Positions 15,045 to 27,309 of a stretch of 64,000 bases of DNA are shown one piece after another. The stretch comes from Eledone cirrhosa (Eukaryota). The position numbers were made by a program, and so were the translations under genes. Where the stretch lies: NCBI GenBank assembly GCA_964016885.1, contig OZ024755.1:7688001-7752000 (forward strand). The letters are read 5' to 3'. Numbering within the stretch: the stretch's first letter is position 1; the number at the start of each line of letters is the position of its first letter. Below the pieces are notes generated by a model. The model was not told the origin of the DNA, did not search any database, and saw only the letters and a program-made list of their open reading frames with translations.

Positions 15045-15123
15045 CTTGGGGGGACGGCCGGGGTGGAGCGGGAAAACATGTCTTTAGATAAAAATATCAG
15101 GTCCATTCATGTTGACATCTCTT

Positions 15124-15206
<83 letters not shown>

Positions 15207-15413
15207 ATGTGTTGAACAATGAAAACAAATTGCCAAATTTAGTGCTTAATCCGTTCATTGTGGTACAATCGTTTCAGATTATCATAAATCGATATAATTA
15301 ATAATCACAAGTAGTTATGTAACTACGTATCGATACTATAGATATATCTCACTGCCTTCTTCAGAAATATTTCTATTACATAAACAAGAACTCTCATCAC
15401 CTGATCTCGTTGG

Positions 15414-15477
15414 ATAAAGTACCAGTAATGCACTAGGGTAATTTCTGGGCTTGTGCCAAAATTAGAAACAATTATTA
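15414..15477 (+). mobile_element. SINE-A 3' fragment
   Basis: ataaagtaccagtaatgcactagggtaatt...gtgccaaaattagaaacaattatta matches the SINE-A 3' end. Confidence 0.75.
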
Positions 15478-15984
15478 CTTCTGGAGTTCATGCTTTTCTA
15501 AAAATGTTATTAGTATATTTTTTATCTCATTTATGTATACCAATTTTGAACTTATAGCACACAAAGACAGACACAGACAGATACACACACGCGCACACAT
15601 GTATATATGTATCATACACACACACATATATATCATACACACGCACATATGTATATATATATGTATCATACACACACACACATATATATATATATATGTA
15701 TATATAAATGAATGTATTACATATATACAGTAAATGTGTATGTATGTATATCAGTGCATATTTGTATATAAGTATGTATCTATATATGTATATGTCTGCA
15801 TGTATAAGTGTACATGCAAATGTATATTTGATGCGTGTGTCTTAACGCAGCTGAAGTCCCTAACACTGAAATAAAGAGTAATGTATGAATGGCATGTGAT
15901 AAAGTAGAGCATTCATAAACCACACACACACACACACATACATATATACACACACATGCATATATATATACACACACATACACA

Positions 15985-16028
<44 letters not shown>

Positions 16029-17010
16029 CATTAGATTCAACTAAGCAAATAAAAATATAACGAAGTAAAACGGCTAAGAAAATGGATAAGAAATAATAGC
16101 AAAAAAAATAAATGGAAAGAAAAAATCATGTTTAGAGGGAGAAAGTTTTAAAAAGGAAATACATACATAAAAAAGTACTCAATAAAATCTAAAATGGCCG
16201 TTCGCTAAATCAATACCTGGTCTGTTCCGTTTCTGTTGTCATCTGGGACCTTTCTAGGAAGCAGATATTACCAAGTGCTTCTGTTATGGACAGGAAAGAA
16301 CAGATTTTAGTTTCATATTGGTTAAATCAATCCCAGTTTCCTTTCTGGTGTCATCAGGGAGGAAGGAAATATGGCGAAAGATATGCTGTTTAGAAATAAA
16401 AAGAAAAACAAGAAACGAACAGCTTTTAGTTAAAGGAATCGTGGGTTTGTTTTTGTACATTTTCCCAGTTTCTTTTTTAGTTTATTGTATTTTTATTTTT
16501 TCATTTTGGTGATTTCTTTATTTACTTTTGATTTTTTTGTCTCTTTATGTGCGTTACTTTGTTTAAGTTGGTGCATGCTCACACATACATACACACATAT
16601 ATACATACACACACACATATATATATATTTAAAAACACAGACAGACACACACACATATATATATGTACTTATGTCTGTATACATACATGCATTTATGGAT
16701 GTGCGTGCGTGTTTTATAATATAATTATTTTTATGTATCGTCAATCTCAGAGAATATAGATATGTGTATCTGTGTGTACACACGTGTGTATACACGTGTG
16801 TATTATTAAGGGTAGGGTCATGTATACTTGAATATAAATATATATTAGATTTTATATCTACAATATATATAGAGAGAGATACATATATATACATACATAT
16901 GCACATATATCTGCATTTGTTTATATATATATATGTATATATATACATATACGCCTATATATCTGCGTTTGTTTATATATATATATACATATATATCTGC
17001 ATTTGTTTTT

Positions 17011-17057
<47 letters not shown>

Positions 17058-17307
17058 TCTCTGTTTGTTTATATATATATACTTCTGATGTTTCACCTCG
17101 TTTTTTTTTTTCTTTTTCACAATCTTCTTTCTCGCTTTCTCTCTTTCCCAATCTTTCATTCTTCAAGCTTTTTCTTAATGTCTTCCAATTCCCCACTAAC
17201 TCACGCTTAGAATCTATTTCGACATCATATTTTAACACATATCACCTCGGCCACCCATGTCTTTCTTCACATTACTTTCTATCTATACACACACACACAC
17301 AGAGACC

Positions 17308-17345
<38 letters not shown>

Positions 17346-17388
17346 AATTCAAAATATTAACAAAAATAGAACTTCTTGTGATCAAGTA

Positions 17389-17455
17389 TATTTTATTATA
17401 CATATTTCAGAGGTACTGAGCTAACTTCAACAGTACGTCCTCATCAGATAAAATA
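17389..17455 (-). ncRNA. Type-I hammerhead ribozyme motif (family G)
   Basis: The minus strand reads uauuuuau CUGAUGA ggac-guacug..caguac-cucu GAAA uaugua UA^auaaaaua. Stem I is a perfect 8 bp, and stem II is long with one mismatch. Confidence 0.65.
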
Positions 17456-17947
17456 AGATGATGCATGACATACCCTGACATAGTAGATGGTTAAGATCCA
17501 GTCATGGTAGTTTTGTTAATATTTTGAATTAATATTAATAACTCCGGAAAACCATAGCTGTTGAGTGCTTCCAATCTATTGTAAAACTAATTCTTTGATT
17601 TATTCACTGAACCTTGTTTAACCTTTAAATAATATATATATATGTAAGTATGTATGTATATATATATAATCTTTCTGACAACGCCAACCCTCTGTCACAC
17701 TCTACAACACCCACTCTATATAATTCTATCTGTCTCATATTTCTCTCATTCGTTATGCCTACATTTCATTACAACAATGTATTTAACACTACTCTGTCGT
17801 TTCCCATCCCCATTTTCTTCCTGTCTATTTATTGGGGGTCTTTTTACCCGCTTTTTTACCTGTTTTTCGTAAAAATCTTCGATAATTCCAAAATTGTCGT
17901 TCTCACTCTTTATCCGTTTTTGTATATATGAGCGTGTTTGTGCGTGA

Positions 17948-18005
<58 letters not shown>

Positions 18006-18020
18006 TCACGCACAACCACG

Positions 18021-18058
<38 letters not shown>

Positions 18059-18065
<7 letters not shown>

Positions 18066-18107
18066 ATACTTTGGGAGGGTCATGTTGCTAAACAAATTCA
18101 GAAACGA
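18059..18107. mobile_element. Family D fragment with an inversion junction
   Basis: 18059-18088 matches ~10298-10327 directly, while 18085-18107 matches 41960-41982. The two parts overlap at TTGC. Confidence 0.75.
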
Positions 18108-19391
18108 TATATATATATATATATATATATACACTCACGCACAACCACGCTCATATATATATATATCGTACTCCTCCTTCGCCCCCTGTCACCTTCTCCT
18201 CCTCCTCTCTGTATACATATATACATTCATTCATATATTTCATAAATATCGACTGTGTCCCTCTTTTGCACGATTTCTCTCTCAACTTCCCTCCATTCCC
18301 TGCATATCTCACTCTCCTCCTCACCATCGTCATTCTCTTCCGCCTTGTTTCTTCATTTCTTCCATCATCATCTCTCTTTCTCCTCACATATTTCCACACA
18401 GTATCTATCTCTATATCCTCTCTCAGATCGCATGACATTAAATCTGACTTTGAATTCGATTTTTTCGAATTTTTTTTTTTTTTACTATTTTAGATTCATT
18501 TACCCCCCCCCCTCTCTCTCTCTCTCAATCTCTCTCTCTCTATATATATATCTCTCTGTCCCCCTCCCCTCTTTCTCTCTGTCCCTCTCCCTCTCTTCTA
18601 CGCCACCCTTTCCCTTCAAGAAATCCCTCTTGCCTGAAAGAAAATACTAATCCGGTTTATTATATTGTTTTGTTAGAGATAGATTCTACATCTTTACTAT
18701 AGTGGATTCTTTTAACGCCAATAAGTCCTGATAGACTTAAAACACTTCAGTAAACCATAACACACAACAAACATTAGAAAAAACAAAAAAGAACAAGACT
18801 CAACCATCAAAAACAACCAACACAAACAACAAACAACTAACACAAACAATCCACCTCAGGAAAATCTTGTAAAAGGAAAACTTCATTTTAATACAACATT
18901 TATCTTTATTTGTTGCTATTAGCGAATTAATGTTCTATTGCTAACACACACCACCCGTTTCTACACACACACTTCCTCTCTCACACACACACTCTCTCCC
19001 ACTAACACACACCTCTCCTTTTCCCATTTCTTCACACACACACTCTCTCTCTCACACACACACACTCCTTCTTTTCCCGTTTTCTACACAGACACACTCT
19101 CCCTCTCACACACACCTCTCCCCCTTTTTTCCGTTTCTACACACACACACACACACACTCTCCATCTCACACACACACTGTCTCTCGCTCTCACACACAC
19201 CTCTCTCCCTCTCACACACACATCTCCCCTTTCTACACATTATCACTATAGCCTATTTATCTTTATTTTATCGTTAAGCAACAAATTGAATGTGTGACAC
19301 TACATTGAACAGGTGCGTGCACGAGATAGAACAATTATATTCGAAATTAGACCATTGCTTCAAATATTTACCCGAGGAAACAATAAAAAGA

Positions 19392-19950
19392 CTTCTTCTC
19401 CTCTCCCTACTCCTCTTCATTTCATTCTTCTTCTCCTCTCCCTACACCTTCTTAAGTTCATTCTTCTCTCCCTCCTCCCTCTTCATTTCTTTCTTCTTCA
19501 TCTCCTCCTCCTTCTTCATTTCTTTCTTCTCTCCCTCCTTCATTTCATTCTTTTTCTTCTTCAAGTCCTCTCCCTACTTCATTTTCTTCTTCATCTCCTC
19601 TCCCTCCTTCTTCATCTCCCTCCTCCCTCTTCTTCATCTCCTCCTTCATTTCTTTCTTCTCCTCTCCCTCCTTCATTTCATTCTTTTTCTTCTTCATCTC
19701 CTCTCCCTCCTCCCTCTTCTTCATCTCCTCCTTCATTTCTTTCTTCTCCTCTCCCTCCTTCATTTCATTCTTCTTCTTCATCTCCTCTCCTCCTTCTTCA
19801 TTTTCTTCTTCATCTCCTCTCCCTCCTTCATTTTCTTCTTCTTCATCTCCTCTCCCTCCTTTTCATTCTTCTTCTTCCATCTCCTACTCCTTCTTCATTT
19901 CATTTATCTTCTCCTCTCCCTCCTTCTACTTCATTTCCTTCTTCTACGTT
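19392..19950. repeat. Pyrimidine-rich (CTT/CTC/CAT) low-complexity tract with an ~87-bp internal duplication
   Basis: The + strand is nearly G-free, and segments starting near 19615 and 19702 repeat. Confidence 0.9.
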
Positions 19951-20427
19951 TACCTCAACGTCTCCTGTTCTACTTTTCATTATTCCGACTCTTCTCATCG
20001 CATCCTTAATGTTATTATTATTATTATTATTACTATTATTACTGTTATTAAAACCATTACTTGTATTATTATACGCCATCTTCAGATCACAATTCTCCCC
20101 CACCTCCCCCCTCAATCAAGCAATTATTAGTAACAAACTTGGAGATGATAAACAACAATACCCTCCTCATTGTATTCCAGTTCTCAGAAATATCAATTTA
20201 TTCCTAATTGTTAGACGAGAAGTCTTCATTCTGGAATTAAGAGAAAAAAAAACAGAAAAAAACAAAAAAACAGCAACACGTTTTCTTGTGATCTTGGACG
20301 TTTCTGTTGTTCAGTTATGAAATAAAGGGTCGTGCTGAAGGACGCAGCAAGCCGCGTTTAAGCAAAGAATCGCTGCTTTCACCCTTAACAGGATCTTCTG
20401 ATTTTAGTCTTCAAATATATTATTATT

Positions 20428-20472
<45 letters not shown>

Positions 20473-20473
20473 C

Positions 20474-20645
20474 TTTCGACGGCTATTTCTGGACGGTTGC
20501 GTCCAGAAATAGCCGTCGAAACGGCTTGAGCTCTGCCGCCTCCGGGGTCCTGACTCTTTTCCTATTACCCACTCTACTACCCAAAGTATCGACTACTCTG
20601 GTGTGTTATGGTCCACCTGGTTCCTCACCACACTTCTTTCGTTTT
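20474..20645 (+). mobile_element. Repeat family B copy with a perfect 22-bp 5' hairpin
   Basis: tttcgacggctatttctggacg-gttg-cgtccagaaatagccgtcgaaa is followed by the family B body, with (TA)n flanks. Confidence 0.85.
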
Positions 20646-20655
20646 ATATATATAT

Positions 20656-20700
20656 AATGAAACAGTTCTAGTCCTGTAGAAGCCATTTCTATATTAAATA
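20656..20700 (+). mobile_element. Family C fragment
   Basis: gaaacagttctagtcctgtagaagccatttctatattaaata matches 55831-55870. Confidence 0.75.
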
Positions 20701-20752
<52 letters not shown>

Positions 20753-21178
20753 GTTTGTATGTATGTGTATGTGTGTGAATACATTAATATATAAATATGT
20801 GTGAATATCAATGTGATTGCTATTTAATCTGGAAGCTCAACAGTGAGAAAAAGATTCATAAAATTAATAAAATTGGATATAAAGGGCAGAAGTGATATTT
20901 TACTAAAATATATCACAGTGAGGTGACTTATGCGTAAGCAGTGAAAATATGTGTATATACACTTATATAAGTACATACTCACACACATATAAATATATTT
21001 ATATATACATATATACATATACTTATATACAAATATATAGACATATATAGACATATACATATATACAAATATATATGCACATAGGAACACACACACACAT
21101 ATATACATATTATATATATATATAGATATATTCAAATAATGTGTGTATGTGTGTGTGTGTGTCTATGTGTATATATGT

Positions 21179-21217
<39 letters not shown>

Positions 21218-21230
21218 TGTGTGTGTGTCT

Positions 21231-21296
<66 letters not shown>

Positions 21297-21728
21297 AGGA
21301 AAGAGTGTTTGTGAGAGAGGGACCGACAAGAATTATATAGACATAGGAAAAATGAATACAGCTTCATGATAAAGTGTGCAAAGTTTTGTTGGAATATAAA
21401 CCATGTTGGAGCAAGTGCCGTCAAAAGGACGCTGCATCTGCTCAACAGACGAAGAAAAGAAGAAAAAAAGCTACATTTAATTATCACATTTCAACAGCTA
21501 ATTTGCACAGGAAATTAAATTCAGAATATGTCACTCCGTCTTGGAAAGTGTGAAAGTTCACTTGTCAGTTGTAGAAAATTGAATAAGATGAAATCCGATT
21601 TTCATTTCTATATTCTTGTCTGTTAATTCACTTATAGTCTTCATGATGGAATGGAAGACTCGTGAGGAGGCGTATTTTAACAAATCTCCTGCTTTACATC
21701 TTAACATCTCAGTTTTTTTCTTCATATA

Positions 21729-21759
<31 letters not shown>

Positions 21760-21867
21760 CTGTGTATATACAGATATATGCATACACCGACATATATATA
21801 TATACATACAAGTACATATATATACATACAAGTACATAAATATATATATATATATATATAAATAAAT

Positions 21868-21915
<48 letters not shown>

Positions 21916-22389
21916 ATTTATTTTCTCTCTACTTTAGCTTTATTGGTGTTATCATTGTCGCTGATAATTTTTATTCCGTTCTAGGTTTTTTAAGATAATT
22001 CGTTGAATATTTGATATTATTTTCTTTATCGTTTGTTTTATATATGACTTTGAGGAGTTTGGTTCGTTGTCGCTCTCACTTTTTTTTGTGTGTTTTCTTT
22101 CAATAAATGCTATAAGCTTTTGTTAATATATGAACATGAGTATGCAAAACAAAACAACCTTATGCATCGACAAATACACACGATCGACCTCATGTGGGGG
22201 CGGGTAACATGAATAGAATTATCATTTTAATTCTATTTGTCTGTCGATCTATCTCAAAATAGTTTAATAGATTCAACCACACAGTCAGTTCCACACAGAG
22301 AAATACACATCCACACCTTTCTATATACATTATATATGTGTGTGAGAGAGTGTTTGTGTGTGTGAGAGTGTTTATGTGTGTGAGGAAAA

Positions 22390-22485
22390 ACAACAAGGAA
22401 AAACAACGAGAAGAACAATACAGTACAAAGATAAGATATATTAGTTTAACGCTTGATATAGGAGGAAAAGAGACTTAATGATTCC
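22390..22485 (-). mobile_element. Diverged family F-like 3' fragment
   Basis: The reverse complement cattaagtctcttttcctcctatatcaagcgttaaactaatatat resembles 44337-44385. Confidence 0.45.
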
Positions 22486-22531
22486 ATCGATCATTTAGAT
22501 TCGAATCTGTCACCTCGGCATTATATTTCAC

Positions 22532-22720
22532 GGGCGGTGGATTGGCAGTATCGGTAGAGGGTCTGACGCCATGCTTTCCAGCATTGTTACGTCCCTTTAC
22601 GATCTGAGTTCAAATCCCGCCGAGGTTGACTTTGCCTTTCATCCTTACGGGGTCGATAAAATAAAATACCAGTAATGCACTGGGTAATTGCTGGCCTTGT
22701 GCCTAAAGTAGAAACAATTA
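22532..22720 (+). mobile_element. SINE-A full-length copy (tRNA-derived head, Meta/MESC-like core)
   Basis: It has A box tggcagtatcggtag, B box gagttcaaatccc, core gcctttcatccttacggggtcgataaaa and tail gaaacaatta, with flanking repeat attatatttcac. The Meta/MESC assignment is from memory. Confidence 0.9.
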
Positions 22721-22728
22721 TATTTCAC

Positions 22729-22919
22729 GGGTGTTGGCTTAGCAGTATCGGTAGAGGGTCTGACGCCATGCTTTGCAGCTAAGAGTTACGGCCTTTTACA
22801 GTCTGAGTTCAATTCCTGCCGAGGTCAACTTTGTCTTTCATCCTTACGGGGTCGATAAAATAAAGTACCAGTAATGTACTGAGTTATTGCTGGCCTTGTG
22901 CCAAAAGTAGAAACAATTA
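22729..22919 (+). mobile_element. SINE-A full-length copy, tandem with the previous one
   Basis: It has the same architecture but different diagnostic bases, and is followed by attatatttca. Confidence 0.9.
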
Positions 22920-23050
22920 TATTTCAAGAGACTTTTTTCTATGATACTGCGAAGTGCGATCGAATCGGGAAGCCCGTTCTTGTGAAGCAAATCTCACTTT
23001 CACAGATTTACCAGCGTCGAGTTTTTCTACTCTCTCTCTCTCATTATATA

Positions 23051-23142
23051 TACGAGGTACACTCAAGAGATTTTGAGACTTTTATCAGAAAGACGTTTAT
23101 TTAACTGAGATCAACACAAAACTTTAGTCTCCCCCAAAGTAA
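23051..23142 (+). mobile_element. Possible Tc1/mariner terminal remnant
   Basis: It starts TA-CGAGGT...tcaagagattttgagact, resembling mariner-type TIR starts. No partner TIR or transposase was found. Confidence 0.25.
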
Positions 23143-24288
23143 AGAGAAAAGGATGACAAATAAAAGAAAACACAGTAGTGTGTTTTTCACCCTGAAATAT
23201 CATGTTGAAATATACTGAGTAAAAACATAATTTGTTATGTTTTCTTTGTCAGTCTTTGCTCTTTATATATTTCTACCCCAATATACCGACTTTCTGAAAC
23301 TTATCAGTCATATATTACATATCTCACAATGCTTCATATTAACTATACTACTTTATATATATATATAAAAACCCACAGATATATAATGTCCAATATACGC
23401 CAGTATAAAGTTTATTTACATTAAGAATATTGGGGTCTGTAGAATACTCATCCACATACACTTAACAGAATAACCTGTACATTAAGTTAAGTGAACAACT
23501 GCATATATACCGGCGAATACGATCTAGATATGCCTATATGCTTGTGGAACTTCAAATAACTTGCATCACATATTCCTATTGATATCTTCCCATATCGCCA
23601 AATTGAAAAATATATCATTTTCTTATAGTTTTTCAGTAGTCTAGACATTGTAGCCATTATCTTGTTTTTAACATGATGGAAACGGTTCTAATATTATGTA
23701 GGGCCCCTTTAAAGTGATATGCATAGGATACTGACATAAGATGAATGTAGATTAAAAGAAAATGAAATTGAATAAAGCAATACTAGCCAAATGCCTTGCA
23801 TCTGAACTCCAACCTGCTATCAATAAATAGAATTCAAATAAAAAATAAAATTGAAAATATGTGACGCCATTTTGTAGAATAAAACACATATAACTTTTTC
23901 TAAGCATGTCCCCCAAGATTTATGTTATTTCCACATGGTGTATGTTTTTTTTTTATTTCGTATATATAAATATGCCTTTCACCAGTTAGAGACAAATGAA
24001 CGGGTGAGAATATTTATTTATTGTTGAAGAAGACGAATGGGTAATTAAAGTGGATGTTACGCCCTAGCAATCGACTATACACAAATATAACATTGACTAT
24101 ATACAAACATCACATCAGGAATTCAAATGAGACGAGAAAATGACAGAAGACATTGTTTATATAAAACGAACAGATTTTATTCTATAGTAACATAGTAACG
24201 TTTTTGCTGTCTCTATTTATCTCATTCTTTCTACCCCTGTATATATATATGTGTGTGCGCGTGCGTGTGCGTGTGCGTGTGTGTGTTT

Positions 24289-24415
24289 ATTCCGGGTTCA
24301 ATCGGGGGTAACCAAAGTAAGGTACTCAATACATAGCAGAGTATAAATATTTAATATAGAAATGGCTTCTACACGACTAGAAATTTTTCATTCGGGAGAA
24401 ATCATCATGAAGCCC
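24289..24415 (-). mobile_element. Family C copy (longest in the window)
   Basis: It is the reverse complement of 55831-55930 plus an extra 5' part, gggcttcatgatgatttctcccgaatgaaa. Confidence 0.75.
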
Positions 24416-24635
24416 ATATATATATATATATATATATTAGTTATAGTTGTGTAGCTATATCAGTGGCTCAAGCGTCTGGAGTTTCGTACTTAACATACAC
24501 TTAAAACTACTCACTGATATCGAACTTTAATATAATTTACATCAATCTACTCATGTATTGAGTTTGTGCCTTTTGTTTGGCCATCCAAGCCTATCTCTAT
24601 GAATATACGTATGGGTGGTGTGTGGTGGTGAACAC

Positions 24636-25020
24636 GCGTGGCTTGGTGGTTAGAGTGTGAGGTCATGAGTTTGATTCCTAGATCGGGTGGCTCATTTATG
24701 TACTTAAGCAAGGCACCTTATTTTCCCAATGCTCCAATCCAATTATTTGGCAAAAATAAGTTGTATTTACAAATCAAAGGACCATCCTTGTCACACATTT
24801 GTCATGCAGAATCTCCCTGGGAGCTATTTGTCTGTGCAATATTCAAGGACTTACAATTTAATTTCACGAGTACATAGTTTCGTCGATTTAGTCTCCTGGA
24901 TAAAATATATTCCAGATTTGAAACAATACGTTCTGTGGTTGATATGATCAACTAAATGCACTCAGGGTGGTGCTCCAGTATGGCCTCAGTGTCATTACAG
25001 AAAGCAGATAAGAATAATAA
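24636..25020 (+). mobile_element. Older tRNA-headed SINE (second family)
   Basis: It has A box gtggcttggtggttag, B-box-like gagtttgattcc and tail ggtggtgctccagtatggcc. The body resembles 31205-31280 and the reverse complement of 38830-39075. Confidence 0.65.
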
Positions 25021-25491
25021 AAAAAGGTGAATTAAAAAATAGAAATAAAATGTGAAAAAAAAATCACAGAATAAAGTTTTCCATTCAAAATCAAAGATCT
25101 GAATATCAGATCTGAAAGTCAGAAATGTCACAGCCATATTTCGACAAATATGGCAGCAGATTATGTTTCGCAAGGAGTAAATGTTGAGTTATATATGGCA
25201 AGGAGGGAATCAAGTGAAAATGTAAAGATATACATCACCCCCATCCTCATTTTTTCCTTATCACACTCACAACATCCACTGATGGTAGTAAAGTTTGGAT
25301 TTCAATATACAAATAACGAAATGATTTTTGTCCTGTGTGCAAATGTCTTGTCTAATTTATGCGACAATCTTCAACATACACACATACGCACTCTTTCTAT
25401 CTCTCTCTCTTCACAAAATACATATATGTTTCGTTCCAGCTTTATCGTTGCTTCCGTATGGGTGTTTGAACTTCATTATCTCCGACTTTCC

Positions 25492-25540
<49 letters not shown>

Positions 25541-25562
25541 AAGCTATCTATCTATCTATCTA
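25492..25562. repeat. (CTAT)n microsatellite
   Basis: Seen directly. Confidence 0.95.
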
Positions 25563-26217
25563 GCTGTCTGTCTGTCTGCCTATCTATATATCTACCTTAT
25601 GTGTATTTATATTCTTCTTACTAACAGTGTTATGTTCTTTTGTCTGTATCTGTCTATCTCACACTTTCTATTTCTGTTCGCCTCGTTGTCTAATTACTTC
25701 CCTTTGTCACTACAAATGTACCTAACCCTGCTATTATTCCGGTGTCACTGCAAATGTGCAAATACCAAATTCTCAGCCCCTTCTCTGCAATATTGCAAAG
25801 TTATGTACCTCACATATAGACGCTTTCTCTTTCCGTCTGTCTATCTATCTGCCTGTCCGTATGATTGGCAATGTGACTTTAGTGACCGAGACGTCCATCA
25901 AAAATCGTGACCATGTCTCGGATTTCAAAATGGCGTAAAAGAGCTCATTATTATTTTAATGCATATAATAATGAAAAATGAAGAAATAAAGAAGGGAAAA
26001 TGGAGGAAAGAAAGAAAGAATGTAACCTATAGAAAAACCACAAATTTTATACTAAATGCTTCCCGCCAATCCACCATTACTATCTCCAGGAAAACAAGAA
26101 TTTAGAGAAGTCATATACAATATATACACACAAGATACTAATTGATTGGTGGAGCAAACAGGAGGGAATGGGTCAAATGGCAAAAAATGTTGTTTTCTTG
26201 TGGAACTTGGTGGGGGT

Positions 26218-26340
26218 GAAGAAGAAGAAGAAGAAGAAGAAGAAGAAGAAGAAGAAGAAGAAGAAGAAGAAAAGGTGGCAAAGATTCTTTTGGTGCTGTC
26301 AAAGTGCTGCTGTTGCTACTACTGATGAAATAGTAGGAGT

Positions 26341-26425
<85 letters not shown>
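26218..26425. repeat. (GAA)n, (GCA)n and (GTA)n trinucleotide tracts
   Basis: Seen directly; these explain the poly-K/A/V ORF at 26168-26476. Confidence 0.95.
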
Positions 26426-26428
<3 letters not shown>

Positions 26429-26888
26429 ATAAAGGAAGAATTGATGAGTTCAAACTATATTCCTTCAAGTGTCTAAGATTCGTTTCTGGTTTAGAAGATC
26501 TAACATATTTATGATCAATTTACCCAAATTTGACACGTCTCACAGTGACAGCTTCTATAATAATAATAAAAGCAACAACAAAACAAAAACAATAACAATA
26601 ATGTATATTTATTTACTTATAAAATGATAAATAAGAAAAAAATATGGAATAAAATATTTATCAAAATTTAAATGTCAGTAGATGTTTCGTGTATATTTCA
26701 ATTTCGTTTCAGATATTTATATATGTTGCTATATTACATTATTTTCTAAGATTTTGTAATACGGATGAATAAAGGATAGCATTAAAATCAAAAAGCGTGT
26801 GGCAATCTCACATTATATATAAATATCTGTGGAGGAGGTGACAGTAACAGAAAAAAAATACTGTCACACATATACTGATATATATATA

Positions 26889-27309
26889 TATCGAGAATCT
26901 AATTGTAATACGTGACGTATTCTATTCTATAGCGATTAGGTCTTCAAAATGTTTATTGTAAACATACAGAATATTTTCGAATATTCTATGTCTATATTCA
27001 CATATATATCGCTATTTCAGAGCATTTATTCCAATTTCTAATTTCTGCCGGACCGGCAACCGCTCTTTCAAACCAGTTCCTGTACACAGCTAAGTATTCT
27101 ATAAGTCTCTAGCTGTGTCATTCTCGATAAAAGCACTGGATATGTAGTCCTGACGATTTCTAACGAGAATGAAACGCGTAGACTTACTTCCCTTGCTTTT
27201 ATCGAGAATCTAATTGTAATACGTGACGTATTCTATTCTATAGCGATTAGGTCTTCAAAATGTTTATTGTAAACATACAGAATATTTTCGAATATTCTAT
27301 GTCTATATT

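Noticed and set aside
15255-15370. Minus-strand CTGAAGA...GAAACGATTGTA with a long insert
   Set aside because: There is no stem I complementarity and stem II is unconvincing.
16330-16362. Minus-strand CTGATGA...GAAACTGGGA
   Set aside because: It has no UH cleavage site and only a 1-bp stem II.
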